Shown piece after piece: positions 10,472 to 20,878 of a DNA stretch of 64,000 bases. The notes beneath the pieces are model-generated. The model had not been told where the DNA came from and did not search any database. It saw only the letters and a list, made by a program, of their open reading frames with translations. The stretch covers positions 1,504,001 to 1,568,000 of the forward strand of contig OZ219747.1 in NCBI GenBank assembly GCA_964291265.2. The letters run 5' to 3'. Position numbers and translations under genes: made by a program. How positions within the stretch are numbered: position 1 is the stretch's first letter; every line of letters starts with the position of its first letter. The stretch is from Alphaproteobacteria bacterium (lineage in GTDB: Bacteria; Pseudomonadota; Alphaproteobacteria; SP197).

Positions 10472-12736
10472 ATGAACACGCTCGCAATGCACCCTCCCGA
10501 AGCCGTCCAGATCGGAACCTCGTGCTTCTCCCTTGCCGACCTCGACGGACAGACCGTCTACTTCTCGAACATGGAGCCCTTCGACTGCCACGACGAGGGC
10601 GACCGGCCGGCCATGCTGCTGCGGATCGCCAGGTTCGCCAGGCACGGCGTTCCTCAAGGAGACCTGCAGGCGGCCTTCGACGTGAGCCGCGCGACCGTGC
10701 AGCGGGCGGTGAGGAAGCTCCGGGACGAGGGTGAAGCGAGCTTCTACGAGCCGCGCAAGGGCCGTGGTCTCAGCGTGATCACAGGCGAGACGGCGGCCGC
10801 GGCGAACCGTCTCCTGGCCGAGGGCATGAACGCCGCGGCACTGGCCCGGGAACTGGGGATCGCGAGATCGACGGCGTACTACAACCTCAGCAACGGCTTC
10901 ATCGGCGGCGGAGAGCGGCCGCAGGCGGCGCAAGTCGACGAGGCCACGCGATGCCCGGACGATCTTCTCGGCCGCGGCGAACGGGACCGTCGCGACAGGG
11001 TCGCGCCGATGGGGCGCGGCGCGCGCGACAGCGCCGGGCGCGTCGCGGCCTCGACGGGAGCCATGAGCGAAGCGCCGCCGCGCTTCGACGAGCCACTCTC
11101 GGCGGTCGCCGGCGGCGGCGTCCTGGCGGCGCTGCCGGCGCTGCTGAAGGAGGGTCTCCTGGAGCACGCGGACAGGTTCCTGTCGCTGCCGAAAGGGTAC
11201 TACGGGCTGACGAGCGTGCTTCTCATGCTCGCCTTCCTGTTCATGGCCCGGATCCGCAACCCCGAGGCGCTGCGCCACGAGGCGCCCGGGGAACGGGGTG
11301 CGGTCCTGGGGCTCGACCGCTGCCCGGAGGTCAAGACGCTGCGGCGCAAGATCAGGGCGCTGGCGAGCGACCCGCAGCGGGTCCGGGACTGGCAGGACGC
11401 GCTGGCGAAGGACTGGATCGCGGAGGCGCCGGATGTCTGCGCGACACTGTCGGTGGACGGGCACGTGAAGGTATATTCGGGCCGCAAGGGTCGCCTGCCG
11501 AAGCACTTCGTGTCACGTCAGAAGCTCTGTCTGCCGGCCTCGACAGGCTATTGGGTCAACGCGCTCGGCGGCCGGCCGCTCCTGTGCCTGCACAAGGACC
11601 TCGATCCGACCATGACGCACGCGCTGGAGCACGACATCCTGCCCGCGCTGGAGCGGCTCGGCCTGCCGGGGCCGGAGGCGCCGGACCTCGCCAGGGGAGA
11701 GGCGGTCGCGCCGGGGCTGACGCTGGTGTTCGACCGCGAGGGCTGGAGCCCGGCGCTGTTCGCCCGCCTCGCTCGGCGCGGGGTGGCGGTGATCACCTGG
11801 CACAAGGGGTTCCGGAGCGGTCCCTGGCCACAGGGAGAGTTCCGCACGGTCCGGGTGCCGCTCCACTCACCAGGTGGCGTCCGCACCGCCGAGGTGCGGC
11901 TCGCACAGAGACGGATCACGCTGTCCGGCGGGCCGCAGGTGCGCCAGATCCGGCGTCTTCTGGACAGCGGCCGGCAGGTGCCGCTGATCACCACGGACAT
12001 GCACACGCCCATGGAGCGGGTCGCCGGCGCGCTGTTCTCGCGCTGGTCCCAGGAGAACTTCTTCAAGTACATGCGCCAGGAGTTCGGCCTCGACGCGCTG
12101 GCCGTGCACGGCCTTGTCGAGCAGGACCCCGAAGCGCGCGTCGTCCATCCGCACTGGCGCCGCTGCGACCGCCGCATCCGCCAGCTGCGCCAGAAGCTCG
12201 GCACACTGCGCAACCGCGTCGCCGACCTGCTCAAGGGCGCCTCGTCCGACACCGCCATCACGGCCGCCGCGACGCTGCAGGACAAGATCGTGACGCTCGA
12301 CGCCGAGCACGAGGCGCTCAAGGTCCGGCGTTCAGAAATCCCGAAACATGTCACCGTGGCCGAGCTCGACGAGAACGACAGGCTCGACGCCCTGCCCTCC
12401 AGCGAGAGGCTGCTGCTCGACATCGTTCGCATGATCGCCTACCGCGCCGAAACCCGGATGATGGCCGCCGTCGCCCAGGCCCAGGGCGCAAAGCAGCGTC
12501 CGCGACGCCCCCTCGCCGAACTGTTCCAGTCGGACGCCGACATCATCCCCGATCAGGAAAACCGCGTCCTGCGGGTGCGCTTCCTCGGCACCGCCAGCAA
12601 CGCGCGCGACGCCGACATCGCCGGACTGCTCGACGAACTCAACCAGACGCGCACGACCTTCCCAGGAACCGACCTGCGCATGATCTACGAAATGCCAGAC
12701 AACCCAGCCAAACTCGGCCCAGAAGCATCAAACTGA
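10472..12736 (+). CDS. Putative DDE transposase with N-terminal HTH domains (754 aa)
   Basis: Fills the IR-bounded element; SVDGH, VFDREG and RWSQENFFK give a D-D-E pattern; GGAG RBS. Confidence 0.85.
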   Translation: MNTLAMHPPEAVQIGTSCFSLADLDGQTVYFSNMEPFDCHDEGDRPAMLLRIARFARHGVPQGDLQAAFDVSRATVQRAVRKLRDEGEASFYEPRKGRGLSVITGETAAAANRLLAEGMNAAALARELGIARSTAYYNLSNGFIGGGERPQAAQVDEATRCPDDLLGRGERDRRDRVAPMGRGARDSAGRVAASTGAMSEAPPRFDEPLSAVAGGGVLAALPALLKEGLLEHADRFLSLPKGYYGLTSVLLMLAFLFMARIRNPEALRHEAPGERGAVLGLDRCPEVKTLRRKIRALASDPQRVRDWQDALAKDWIAEAPDVCATLSVDGHVKVYSGRKGRLPKHFVSRQKLCLPASTGYWVNALGGRPLLCLHKDLDPTMTHALEHDILPALERLGLPGPEAPDLARGEAVAPGLTLVFDREGWSPALFARLARRGVAVITWHKGFRSGPWPQGEFRTVRVPLHSPGGVRTAEVRLAQRRITLSGGPQVRQIRRLLDSGRQVPLITTDMHTPMERVAGALFSRWSQENFFKYMRQEFGLDALAVHGLVEQDPEARVVHPHWRRCDRRIRQLRQKLGTLRNRVADLLKGASSDTAITAAATLQDKIVTLDAEHEALKVRRSEIPKHVTVAELDENDRLDALPSSERLLLDIVRMIAYRAETRMMAAVAQAQGAKQRPRRPLAELFQSDADIIPDQENRVLRVRFLGTASNARDADIAGLLDELNQTRTTFPGTDLRMIYEMPDNPAKLGPEASN

Positions 12737-15186
12737 TTGGACAAATTCATAGCCGAGGTCAGGACGTCTGAGGTTGAGGTTCGCCTGGCGAGGCCGGAGG
12801 AGCGTCCGCTCCTGGACGCGCTGATGAACGAGTACCACGATCTCGGCTTCCGTCGCCTGGCGGGTCGCGGTCTGCGCTACCTTGCGACCTTCAGGGGCCA
12901 TTGGCTGGGTCTGGCGGCGTGGCAGAACGGCGCCTTCAAGTGCGCTCCCCGCGACCAGTGGACCGGCTGGAAGCCTTAAGCAGCAGTTCCAGCGGCTCGG
13001 GGTGGTGGCCAACAACACGCGGTTCTTGCTCCTCTCCAAGCCCGGGGTGTTTGCGAACCTTGCTTCTGAGTTTCCTTGCGTGCATGACGCGCCGGCTCTG
13101 TGACGACTGGCTGAAGGTGCACGGCCACGGGGTGCTGCTGGCGGAGACGTTGAAGCGATCCGGAGATCTTTGCCGGCACGATGTTGAAGGCTGCGGGCTG
13201 GACGTGTCTGGGTGAGACCAAGGGGTTTGCCCGCTCCAACGGGCGTTACACCGATCCTCACGGCAAGCCCAAGGATATCTACGTTACGGCACTGAGGCGC
13301 GATGCCCGGGCGCTGCTGTCGAGCCCACTGCCGCTTCCCCCCGACGTGGTGCCGCCCTCATGCCCCGAACTGGCGCCCCGGGACCCCAAGGTGCTGCGCT
13401 CGCTCTACGCTTAAGCGCGGCCATTCCCGACTTCCGCCGGGCGCAGGGAAGGAAGCATACCGCGGCATCGGTGCTCACCGTGCACGTGCTCGCCGAGTTC
13501 GCCAACATGAAGGGCTGTGTCGCCGCCGCGCAGTTCGCGCGGTCCCTGTCCCAGGAGGAGTTGGAGGCCATCGGCGCGTGGCTTAACCCGAAGACGGGGC
13601 TTCGCGAGCCCGTCTCCAAGTCCACCATCCACCGGGCCATCCACCGGGTTATCCAGTCGATCGACCCCGAGGCTCTGGAGGATGTGCTCGCCCGCTGGTC
13701 CCGGCCTCGGCTTCACCTCGCCCGTGCACTCGCCGCCGACGGCAAGCGCATCCGCGGCGCCAACCGCAACGGCGATGGCCGTCTGAGAGACCGTGGCCCT
13801 TGTCGACCATGAGACCGGCGCGCCCTTTTCCCTCCTGAACTTCAACGACGAAGGCGGCGAACTGGCGGCCATGCACGATCTCCTGGAGCGCAGCGACATC
13901 GGCGGCAAGGTGATCACCCTCGACGCGCTGCACACGACACGCCATACCGCGAAGCTGATCACACAACGCGCGGATTACGTCTTCGTCGTCAAGGGCAACG
14001 CCCCGGAGACCTTCGCCATCCTCGACAGCATCAATTGGCAAAAGGACGCCACCGGCCACTTCACGGAGCCGTTCGACAAGGCGCACGGTCGACTGGAACA
14101 GCGTTCAATCAGCGTCCTCGTCCCGCCCGCACGGTCTGATCAACTATCCGGGCGTCCGTCAGGTCGCCCGCATCACCCGCTATCGGGAGCCGTGGAAGAA
14201 AGGCCCCGGCGATGCCGGGAAGCAAGAAGAGAAGGGTTACACGGAAACCGATTACATCATCACCTCTCTCGATACGGGGGCCACATCGCCGGAAGAGTTG
14301 CTGCGACTGAACCGCCGCCACTGGGCCGTGGAAAATCTGAACCATCGACAAAGGGATTGCGTCTTCGGCGAAGACGCCTGCCTGACCCGCACCGACAACG
14401 GCCCGGCGAACCGGGCCAGCCTCAACAACATCGCGCTCGCGGTGATCTTCGCCAACCGCCGCGAGGCCGAAAGCCTCGCCGAAACCCGGCGCCGCCTACA
14501 ACTGGACCGTCGCGAGGCCATCAACGCCCTGACCCGGCCCTGAGGCGCCTTGAGCGTCCGGGGATCCCGGAACGCTGCCAGAACATCAAGAACCAGGCAT
14601 CCGGGCCGAAAACGCTGCCGGTGTCGCCATGCGGGCGGCACTGAAGCCACGGAATCCGTCCAGGACATCCCGATTCGGCCTCGATTCGTCGGCCTCGCGA
14701 AAGATCAGATGGCCGATTCGGGCGCGATTCATCGGCTTCCCGAAAAATCAGCCGTAGCGTAGGAAAGTCCTGGCGCCCAAACTCAAGCCGGAACCATGGG
14801 AAAACAGTGCCGATTCGCTTTCGGCGGCGCATGCGCATTGTGCATGTCGACCTGCATTGATGTGACGGCTTTCCTCTCGACTGCAGTGTCATGCTGGATG
14901 GCGTTTCCAACAGACTCGCTCGAAACGGATACCTCGAGGGTGCCTGTCCCGGCGGGTGGAAACGGTCATATCTCGTGGAGTTTCGAGATCGCTTCGTCAC
15001 GCACCGGCGCATGACCGGCATCCCCGTGAGGCTCACCCCGGCACCAGGCGACAGCAACCGCTGCACCAACGGGCAGAACAGCAGCTGGCTCGATGCCGCG
15101 CGTTGCGCGCAAAGCCTCGGGCCCGCTCTTGCCGTGGTTTCCTTCTTCGCTCAGACTTTTGCTCCTTGTCTGGAAAGGGGCGCGTT

Positions 15187-15963
15187 ATGGGAGGACGGCT
15201 GGACGGGAAAACGGCGCTCGTTACCGGGGGTGGACGCGGTATTGGAGCCGGTATCGCAAGGGTTTTCGCAAGCGAGGGCGCACGAGTCATGATCGCGACG
15301 CGCACCGTCCGTCGCGGAGAGGCGGTCGCCCGCCAGATCTCGAGGGCTGGCGGCGATGCTGAAGCGATGGCGATCGATGTCGCCGATGCGGGGCAGGTCA
15401 GGACGATGATCGACGATGCCCGAAAGCGCCTCGGCGCGATCGACATCGTCGCCCACAACGCAGGCGTTTTCCCGTCATCGACGATCGCGAAGATGAAGGA
15501 GGCCGAGTGGGATCACGTGCTCGATACGAACCTCAAGAGCCTCTTTCTGATTGCCAAGGCCGTTCTCCCCCACATGGTTCAGCGCCGCTACGGACGGATC
15601 GTCGTGACGTCATCGATCTCGGGTCCGCGCGTCGCCATGCCAGGCTGGAGTCACTACTGCGCCTCGAAGGCCGGTGTGAACGGCTTCATCAAGGCTGCCG
15701 CCCTGGAAGTTGCGAGGGAAGGCGTCACGATCAACGCCGTCGAGCCTGGAAACATCCTGATCCGCCGCCCCGGCTCGCGCGAGGCGCGTGAGCATGAAGC
15801 CGCAATGGTGCCCGCCATTCCCATGGGTGAACTCGGCATGCCGGAAGACATCGCCTATGCGGCGCTCTACCTGGCCAGCGATGAAGCACGTTACGTGACC
15901 GGCCAGACCATCATCGTCGACGGAGGCCAGGTTCTCCCCGAGAGCCAGTCCGGCGTGCCATAG
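15187..15963 (+). CDS. Short-chain dehydrogenase/reductase, FabG-like
   Basis: TGGGRGIG, HNAG, YCASK, INAVEPG, VTGQTIIVDGG. Confidence 0.9.
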   Translation: MGGRLDGKTALVTGGGRGIGAGIARVFASEGARVMIATRTVRRGEAVARQISRAGGDAEAMAIDVADAGQVRTMIDDARKRLGAIDIVAHNAGVFPSSTIAKMKEAEWDHVLDTNLKSLFLIAKAVLPHMVQRRYGRIVVTSSISGPRVAMPGWSHYCASKAGVNGFIKAAALEVAREGVTINAVEPGNILIRRPGSREAREHEAAMVPAIPMGELGMPEDIAYAALYLASDEARYVTGQTIIVDGGQVLPESQSGVP

Positions 15964-16887
15964 CCCGGCATTCGTCGTCGGTGGTTCTCGCCATGGAACG
16001 GTTCCAGGGGAGAGAACGTGCACCAGAGGCTGAGGGTTGAGACTCAGCGCGTGGCTTCCCAAGGAGATCGACTTCCGACTTGATACCGATCCTGCCATTG
16101 GGGGGGGGGGTCGGTATGAGGGCAGCGATTCCCTTGAGGGAGGATTTCGATGCCGCGCCGCTGTGTGGCTCGGCGCAATGAAGCCGGGATGGCGCGCGGA
16201 ACCGTCGACTTCTTGCGCTTGCGGTGACATGTGACGGTCATCGTCGTTCGTATGCGGCGCGCCTTGCCGGGGTGGGGCTTACGGATCATCCGGGACCGGG
16301 TTCTTCGCTTCAACGCGGAAGGCCCGGAGGGATTGAAGGATCGCAAGGCCTCAGGCCCGCCGCGCAAGTTGAATGCGAAGCAGCGTACGGCGCTGGCGGC
16401 GGTTGCGGGGAGCTGTCCGAACCCGGCGACCCACGGCGTGGTGCGTTGGCGGCGTTCAAAGAAACGTCCCGGAACGGCTGAGGTCGAGGCCCGCGTGCGG
16501 CAACAGAACAAGATGTCGGCGGCGATTTAGAACGGCGGGATATTGGCGGAGAACCGCTCTTTTGGGCGCTGATCGTGTGAGTGGGTGACCACGACAGGAG
16601 AACGTGCGGCATTGGACGAAGGTCCGCCCGGTCTTTGTTTTCTGCCTATTGTTGGATCCCATTGGTCTTGCATTGACGTTGACGATGTCGTTCCGGTCGG
16701 CGTTTTCTGGCGTTCGGCGTTTGTGGAACGTGATGTGGGAGGGGAGCTTCAGGCTTTTGCGCGTGGTTTCGTTCTGGCGTTCTCCGTCCTCGTCGTGGTT
16801 CGTCGGGCGGGACGATCTCGAGGCTGGAGAGCTGACGGTTTCTGTTGCGCTGGGCGAAGAGGCTGCGTGCGTTGCGGTTGCGGCGGC

Positions 16888-17608
16888 GCAGGGTGCGGCA
16901 GGCGTCGAGTGTTTTCGGGCGGATGCTGCGACCTGTGAGCCAGTCCGGCGGCGGATCGGGCGTTGCTGCGGCTCAGCGGCTGCGGCAGTCTCGTGATGTG
17001 GTGTCGTTTGGACGGCCCGGGGGTTTCCCGGGGAGGCTGAGAGGCGCGTCGGGGTGAGACGTTCTCATTCCTGGATGGTAACGCGTGACCGCGTTCAAGG
17101 GTCTTGCGAGATTACGTGTCCCTTCCGTAGCCGCGTGGCGGTTCGATGTCCTCGAGAGCCTCGATGTCGGCATCGGCGACGATCTGCAGGCGTTCTCCGT
17201 AAGGCGTGTCACGGAGGGTTTCGGGGATGCTGTCGAGGCGGTCACGCCATTCGTCCTGCAGGGTGCGGCAGGCGTTGAGTGTTTTCGGGCGGATGCTGCG
17301 ACCTGTAAGCCAGTCCGGCCAGCGGCTGCGGCAGTCTCGTGATGCGGTGTCGTTTGGACGGCCCGGGAGTTTCCCGGGGAGGCTGAGCGGCGCGTCGGGG
17401 TGAGACGTTCTCATTCCTGGATGGTAACGCGTGACCGCGTTCAAGGGTCTTGCGGGATCACGTATCCCTTCCGTAGCCGCGTGGCGGTTCGATGTCCTCG
17501 AGGGCCTCGATGTCGGCATCGGCGACGATCTGCAGGCGTTCTCCGTAAGGCGTGTCACGGAGGGTTTCGGGGATGCTGTCGAGGCGGTCACGCCATTCGT
17601 CCTGCAGG
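16888..17608. repeat. Near-identical tandem duplication (units of about 370 and 346 bp) inside the IS21 element
   Basis: Matching sequence at a 346-bp offset (17054/17400, 17112/17458, 17206/17552); the second unit lacks 24 bp. Confidence 0.85.
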
Positions 17609-17778
17609 GCGCGCAGTTCGGCCACGGCGTCGTTCCAGCGTTGCGGTCGCGAGCGCCGGTCACGATGCTTTGGGGTGTGGACGGGAGGGATGCCGGCCTT
17701 GCGCCGTTCCCGGTATCGCCGCTGCTTTTCGGCGGGCGTGAGGGGCATGAGTGGTCTCCTTGTGACGGACGTGGTCAT
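17458..17778 (-). CDS. Small basic/helical hypothetical protein of the IS21 element
   Basis: ATGA overlap with the Toprim gene stop; PLTPAEKQRRYRERRK...PPRGYGRD; alternative start 17748. Confidence 0.7.
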   Translation of the reverse strand: MTTSVTRRPLMPLTPAEKQRRYRERRKAGIPPVHTPKHRDRRSRPQRWNDAVAELRALQDEWRDRLDSIPETLRDTPYGERLQIVADADIEALEDIEPPRGYGRDT

Positions 17779-18668
17779 GATCTCGCTTGTGGTTCTTTGG
17801 TCCTGGCGTTGACGACGTCGTTCCAGTCGGCGTTTTCCGGCGGTCTGCGTCTGTGGAACGAGACGTGGGAGGGGAGCTTCATCTTTTTGCGCAGGGTTTC
17901 GGCCTGTCGCTCTCCGGCCTCGTCGTGGTCCTGGGCGAGGACGATGGTCCTGACGTTGGGCAGGCTGCTTGCGGCGAGGCTGATCTGTTCGTGCTGTCTT
18001 CGCGAGGGTGCCCCGGCGGTGGAGAGGAAGGCGTGGCTGGGGGGACATTGGTCGATCTGGGCCAGGCTGAGGGCGTCGACGGCGCTTTCGGTGATGACGA
18101 GGGCCTCGAGGTCCGCGGCGGTTCCGGCGCGGACGGCGAACAGGCTTCGGGTTCCACCGGTGGCGAAGCGTTTCGGTCCGTCGGGGGGACCGATCTCGAA
18201 GCCGGTGAGCTTTCGCTTCCTGTTGCGATGGGCGAAGAGGACGCGTCCGTTGTGGTCGCGGCGGACCAGGGGGCGGCAGGTGTCGAGGGTCTCCGGGAGG
18301 ATGCCGCGCCCGGTGAGCCAGTCCGGGGCCGCATCGGGCGTTGCCGCGGCCCAGAGGCTGCGGAAGTCGCGTGGCGCGGTGTCGGGTGCTGTGAAGCGGG
18401 TGCAGATGTCGGCGAAGGCCAGTCCGCGGTTGAGCATGAAGTCGATGACGGTTCCGTTGTCTTCATCGTTCTGGGTGTTGAAGTAGACCCAGTGTCCGTT
18501 GTTGAGGCACTTCGTGACGAGCTTCGGCAGGCCGGGTGCGCACAGGACGGGGTTGGCGCGTGTCGAGGCCTGTTCGTCGCGGACGTATCCCCAGTCGGCG
18601 GCGATGCGTTCGAACGGCATGCGCTTGACGGCGTCGAAGTCGACGCGGCGGGGTTTATCGGGTTTCAC
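17775..18668 (-). CDS. Toprim-domain primase-like protein (DUF3991/Toprim_2-like architecture)
   Basis: DNGTVIDF, WLTGRGI, GRVLFAH, ITESAVDALS, LSTAG, AQDHDEAG (DxD), DWND; GTG start overlapping the istB end. Confidence 0.8.
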   Translation of the reverse strand: MKPDKPRRVDFDAVKRMPFERIAADWGYVRDEQASTRANPVLCAPGLPKLVTKCLNNGHWVYFNTQNDEDNGTVIDFMLNRGLAFADICTRFTAPDTAPRDFRSLWAAATPDAAPDWLTGRGILPETLDTCRPLVRRDHNGRVLFAHRNRKRKLTGFEIGPPDGPKRFATGGTRSLFAVRAGTAADLEALVITESAVDALSLAQIDQCPPSHAFLSTAGAPSRRQHEQISLAASSLPNVRTIVLAQDHDEAGERQAETLRKKMKLPSHVSFHRRRPPENADWNDVVNARTKEPQARS

Positions 18669-19356
18669 GCCTGAGCCGCCAGGAGTCGCTGTCGATGGAG
18701 ATGAGGGTTGCGTCGTGCATGAGCCGGTCGACGGTGCCGGCGATGCCGGAGGCGCTGGGGAAGACGCGGTCCCACTGGGCGAAGGCGAGGCTTGTCGTGA
18801 CCATGGTCGAGCGGCGCTGATAGCGCCGCGAGACGATGGCGTAGAGGATGTCGGCATGGTGGCTTTCGAGGGTCACGTAGCCGATTTCGTCGAGGACGAG
18901 CAGGCGGGGCCTGGCGAGGATCGCGAGGCGGCGGCGCAGCTCGCTGCGCGAGACGGTCTCGGCGAGTGCCTCGAGCAGTTCCGGCGCCTTCTCGAAGCGG
19001 ACGGTGTGGCCGTGCAGCAGGGCCTGGTGCGCCACGTTGGCGGCGATCATGGTCTTTCCGGTGCCCTGCCCGCCGACGAGCACGGCGTTGTCCGCACGGT
19101 CGACGAAGCCGAGGCCGAGGAGCGCTTCGACATGAGCCCGGCTGATGTCGCGCGGCCATGTCCAGTCGAAGTCCGCCAGGGGCTTGAAGGCGGGCAGCCG
19201 CGCCGCGGCGCGGCGGCGCTCGTGGCTGCGGGCCCTGCGGGCCTGTTCCTCGCCGCTGACCACCTCCTCGATCCATGCGGTCCCGGCGACCTCGTCCCAG
19301 CGTTCGACGAGCCCGTGGAGGCCGAGCGCCCGGGCACGCTCCCTGAGCTCGCTCAT
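18655..19356 (-). CDS. istB: IS21-family ATP-binding helper protein IstB
   Basis: FDWTWP, GGQGTGKT, LVLDEIGY, DRLMH; ATGA overlap with istA. Confidence 0.92.
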   Translation of the reverse strand: MSELRERARALGLHGLVERWDEVAGTAWIEEVVSGEEQARRARSHERRRAAARLPAFKPLADFDWTWPRDISRAHVEALLGLGFVDRADNAVLVGGQGTGKTMIAANVAHQALLHGHTVRFEKAPELLEALAETVSRSELRRRLAILARPRLLVLDEIGYVTLESHHADILYAIVSRRYQRRSTMVTTSLAFAQWDRVFPSASGIAGTVDRLMHDATLISIDSDSWRLRRETR

Positions 19357-20846
19357 GTCTTGTTCCTGGCGCTGGCTTCGGGCCTGTCGTAGGCGTCGAG
19401 AGCGGTCCCCCGCGGCGTCGTGCCACGGCCGCCGCGGCCGTCGTCGGCGATGCTGAGGGGCGGCAGGCCCTGCTCCCGGCGGCGCTCTTCGATGATGACG
19501 CGCACGGTTTCGGGGTGGCACGAGCCGCGCTCCAGCGCCGTGGCGACAGCCCGGTCGAGAGCGTCGGCGCCGTGCGCGTTGAGAAGCGTCTCCAGCATCC
19601 GGGCGCAGGAGGCCACGTTGCGCCCGTTGGTCCCGGCGCGCGCCAGCATCTCCTCGGCCCGCGGCACGGTGCGCAGGACCCGGTCGCGGACGCTCATGGA
19701 GCGGGCCCGCCGCTTGCCCGCGGCGATCGCCCTGGCATGCTCCGGATCGGTGACGGCCTGCTTCCTGTCGTAGGAGCGTCGGTGGCGCGCGACCTCGTCG
19801 GCGCCGTCGAGGATGCGGACCTCGTCGCGGTCGGCGACCAGCGTCAGCAGGGCCTTGGAGAAGCTACCCGGAACGCTGTAGTCGTTGGTGTCGAAGCGGG
19901 CGTGGCAGGTCTTGTCGATGCGCACCGGGCGGACCTCGTGATGCGGGAAGGGGTCGACGGGAAGGACGATCAGGTGCTCCCTCTCCCGGGCGAAGGCGTC
20001 CCGCACCAGGAGACTGTCGTCGTCCGGCCAGGGCCGCTCCGCGGCGGCGCCGAAGCACCACTCCCGAACCGCGGCGTTGAGCTCGCCGAGCGGGACCGTG
20101 ATGTCGCGCCCGGCGAAGAACCCGGTGCGCGCGAAGCGCACACGGCGTTCCACGCGGCCCTTCTCCTGCGGGCTCCTGGGCCAGGCGGCGCTCGGTTCGA
20201 AGGCATAGTGGGCCGCGAGGCCGAGCAGCATCGGATGATAGGTGACCGCCTTGCCGCGGCGCGTCACCACGGCACTCTTCAGGTTGTCGTACAGAAGCCT
20301 CCGCGGCACACCCCCGAATGCCGCGAAAGCCTCGACATGGCCTTGCAGGAAGCTGGCCATCCGCGCGTCGTGGAACAGGCTCAGGACAGTCTGGCGCGAG
20401 TAGCTGAGGGTGACGAGAAGCCCCATGAGCCTGCGCTCCGCCCGGCCAATGCGGACCTTCCCGAACTCGGCCCAGTCAACCTGCGCCTGCTCGCCCGGAA
20501 GGAAGCTCAGCCGCAGCGACGGCTCGGGCCTCTTCACCGGCCTCAGCCCGAGGCGGCGCAGGTCGTGACGGAAGTGATCCTCGCCGCCGCGGTAGCCCAG
20601 GGCCACGACCTGTCGCCAGAGCGTGCTGGCCGGAAGGTCCGGCGACGCCTCAAGACGCTCCCCGAGGAAGGCAACGAAGGGGTCGATGAGCTTGGCCCGC
20701 GGCCGCCGCTCCTGCCCCGACGCCTTGAGCGCCCGCGTCACCGTGCCGTGGTGCACGCCGAGATGCCGGGCAATCGTCCCCACAGCCCAGCCCTCGGCCC
20801 GCGACAGCCGCACGATCGTCGCCCGCGTGTCCTCGTCGATCGCCAT
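19353..20846 (-). CDS. istA: IS21-family transposase IstA
   Basis: N-terminal HTH; PGEQAQVDW, LSYSR, LYDNLKSAV, EKGRVER; GGAG RBS. Confidence 0.95.
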   Translation of the reverse strand: MAIDEDTRATIVRLSRAEGWAVGTIARHLGVHHGTVTRALKASGQERRPRAKLIDPFVAFLGERLEASPDLPASTLWRQVVALGYRGGEDHFRHDLRRLGLRPVKRPEPSLRLSFLPGEQAQVDWAEFGKVRIGRAERRLMGLLVTLSYSRQTVLSLFHDARMASFLQGHVEAFAAFGGVPRRLLYDNLKSAVVTRRGKAVTYHPMLLGLAAHYAFEPSAAWPRSPQEKGRVERRVRFARTGFFAGRDITVPLGELNAAVREWCFGAAAERPWPDDDSLLVRDAFAREREHLIVLPVDPFPHHEVRPVRIDKTCHARFDTNDYSVPGSFSKALLTLVADRDEVRILDGADEVARHRRSYDRKQAVTDPEHARAIAAGKRRARSMSVRDRVLRTVPRAEEMLARAGTNGRNVASCARMLETLLNAHGADALDRAVATALERGSCHPETVRVIIEERRREQGLPPLSIADDGRGGRGTTPRGTALDAYDRPEASARNKT

Positions 20847-20878
20847 GAACTCCCTCCCTTTGGTTCCTCAACGCCGCA

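Larger units (their letters stand above)
10324..12770 (+). mobile_element. 2447-bp insertion sequence of unclassified family
   Basis: Perfect 16-bp IR CAGACGTCCTGACCTC (10324-10339 / 12755-12770); 5-bp TSD AGGTT (10319-10323 / 12771-12775). Confidence 0.9.
10267..14543 (+). pseudogene. DUF4338 (DruA-like domain)-ISAs1 family transposase fusion, split by the IS at 10324-12770 and multiply frameshifted
   Basis: 19 codons at 10267-10323 rejoin in frame to EVRLARPEER at 12776; EYHDLGFRRLAGRGLRY, VANNTRFL, then IPDFRRAQG, AADGKRIRG, ITLDALHT, VKGN, RRHWAVEN.NHRQRD.VFGED. Confidence 0.8.

Noticed and set aside
12737-13414. Druantia anti-phage system suggested by DruA-like DUF4338
   Set aside because: The domain is part of a broken ISAs1 transposase fusion and no DruE helicase or other Dru genes are visible
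16100-16110. Poly-G run as a phase-variation switch
   Set aside because: It lies in intergenic IS debris with no gene or promoter it could clearly control
16888-17608. Possible CRISPR array or DGR template/variable repeat pair
   Set aside because: Units are about 350 bp with no repeat-spacer pattern, differences are not adenine-specific, and no cas or RT gene is present
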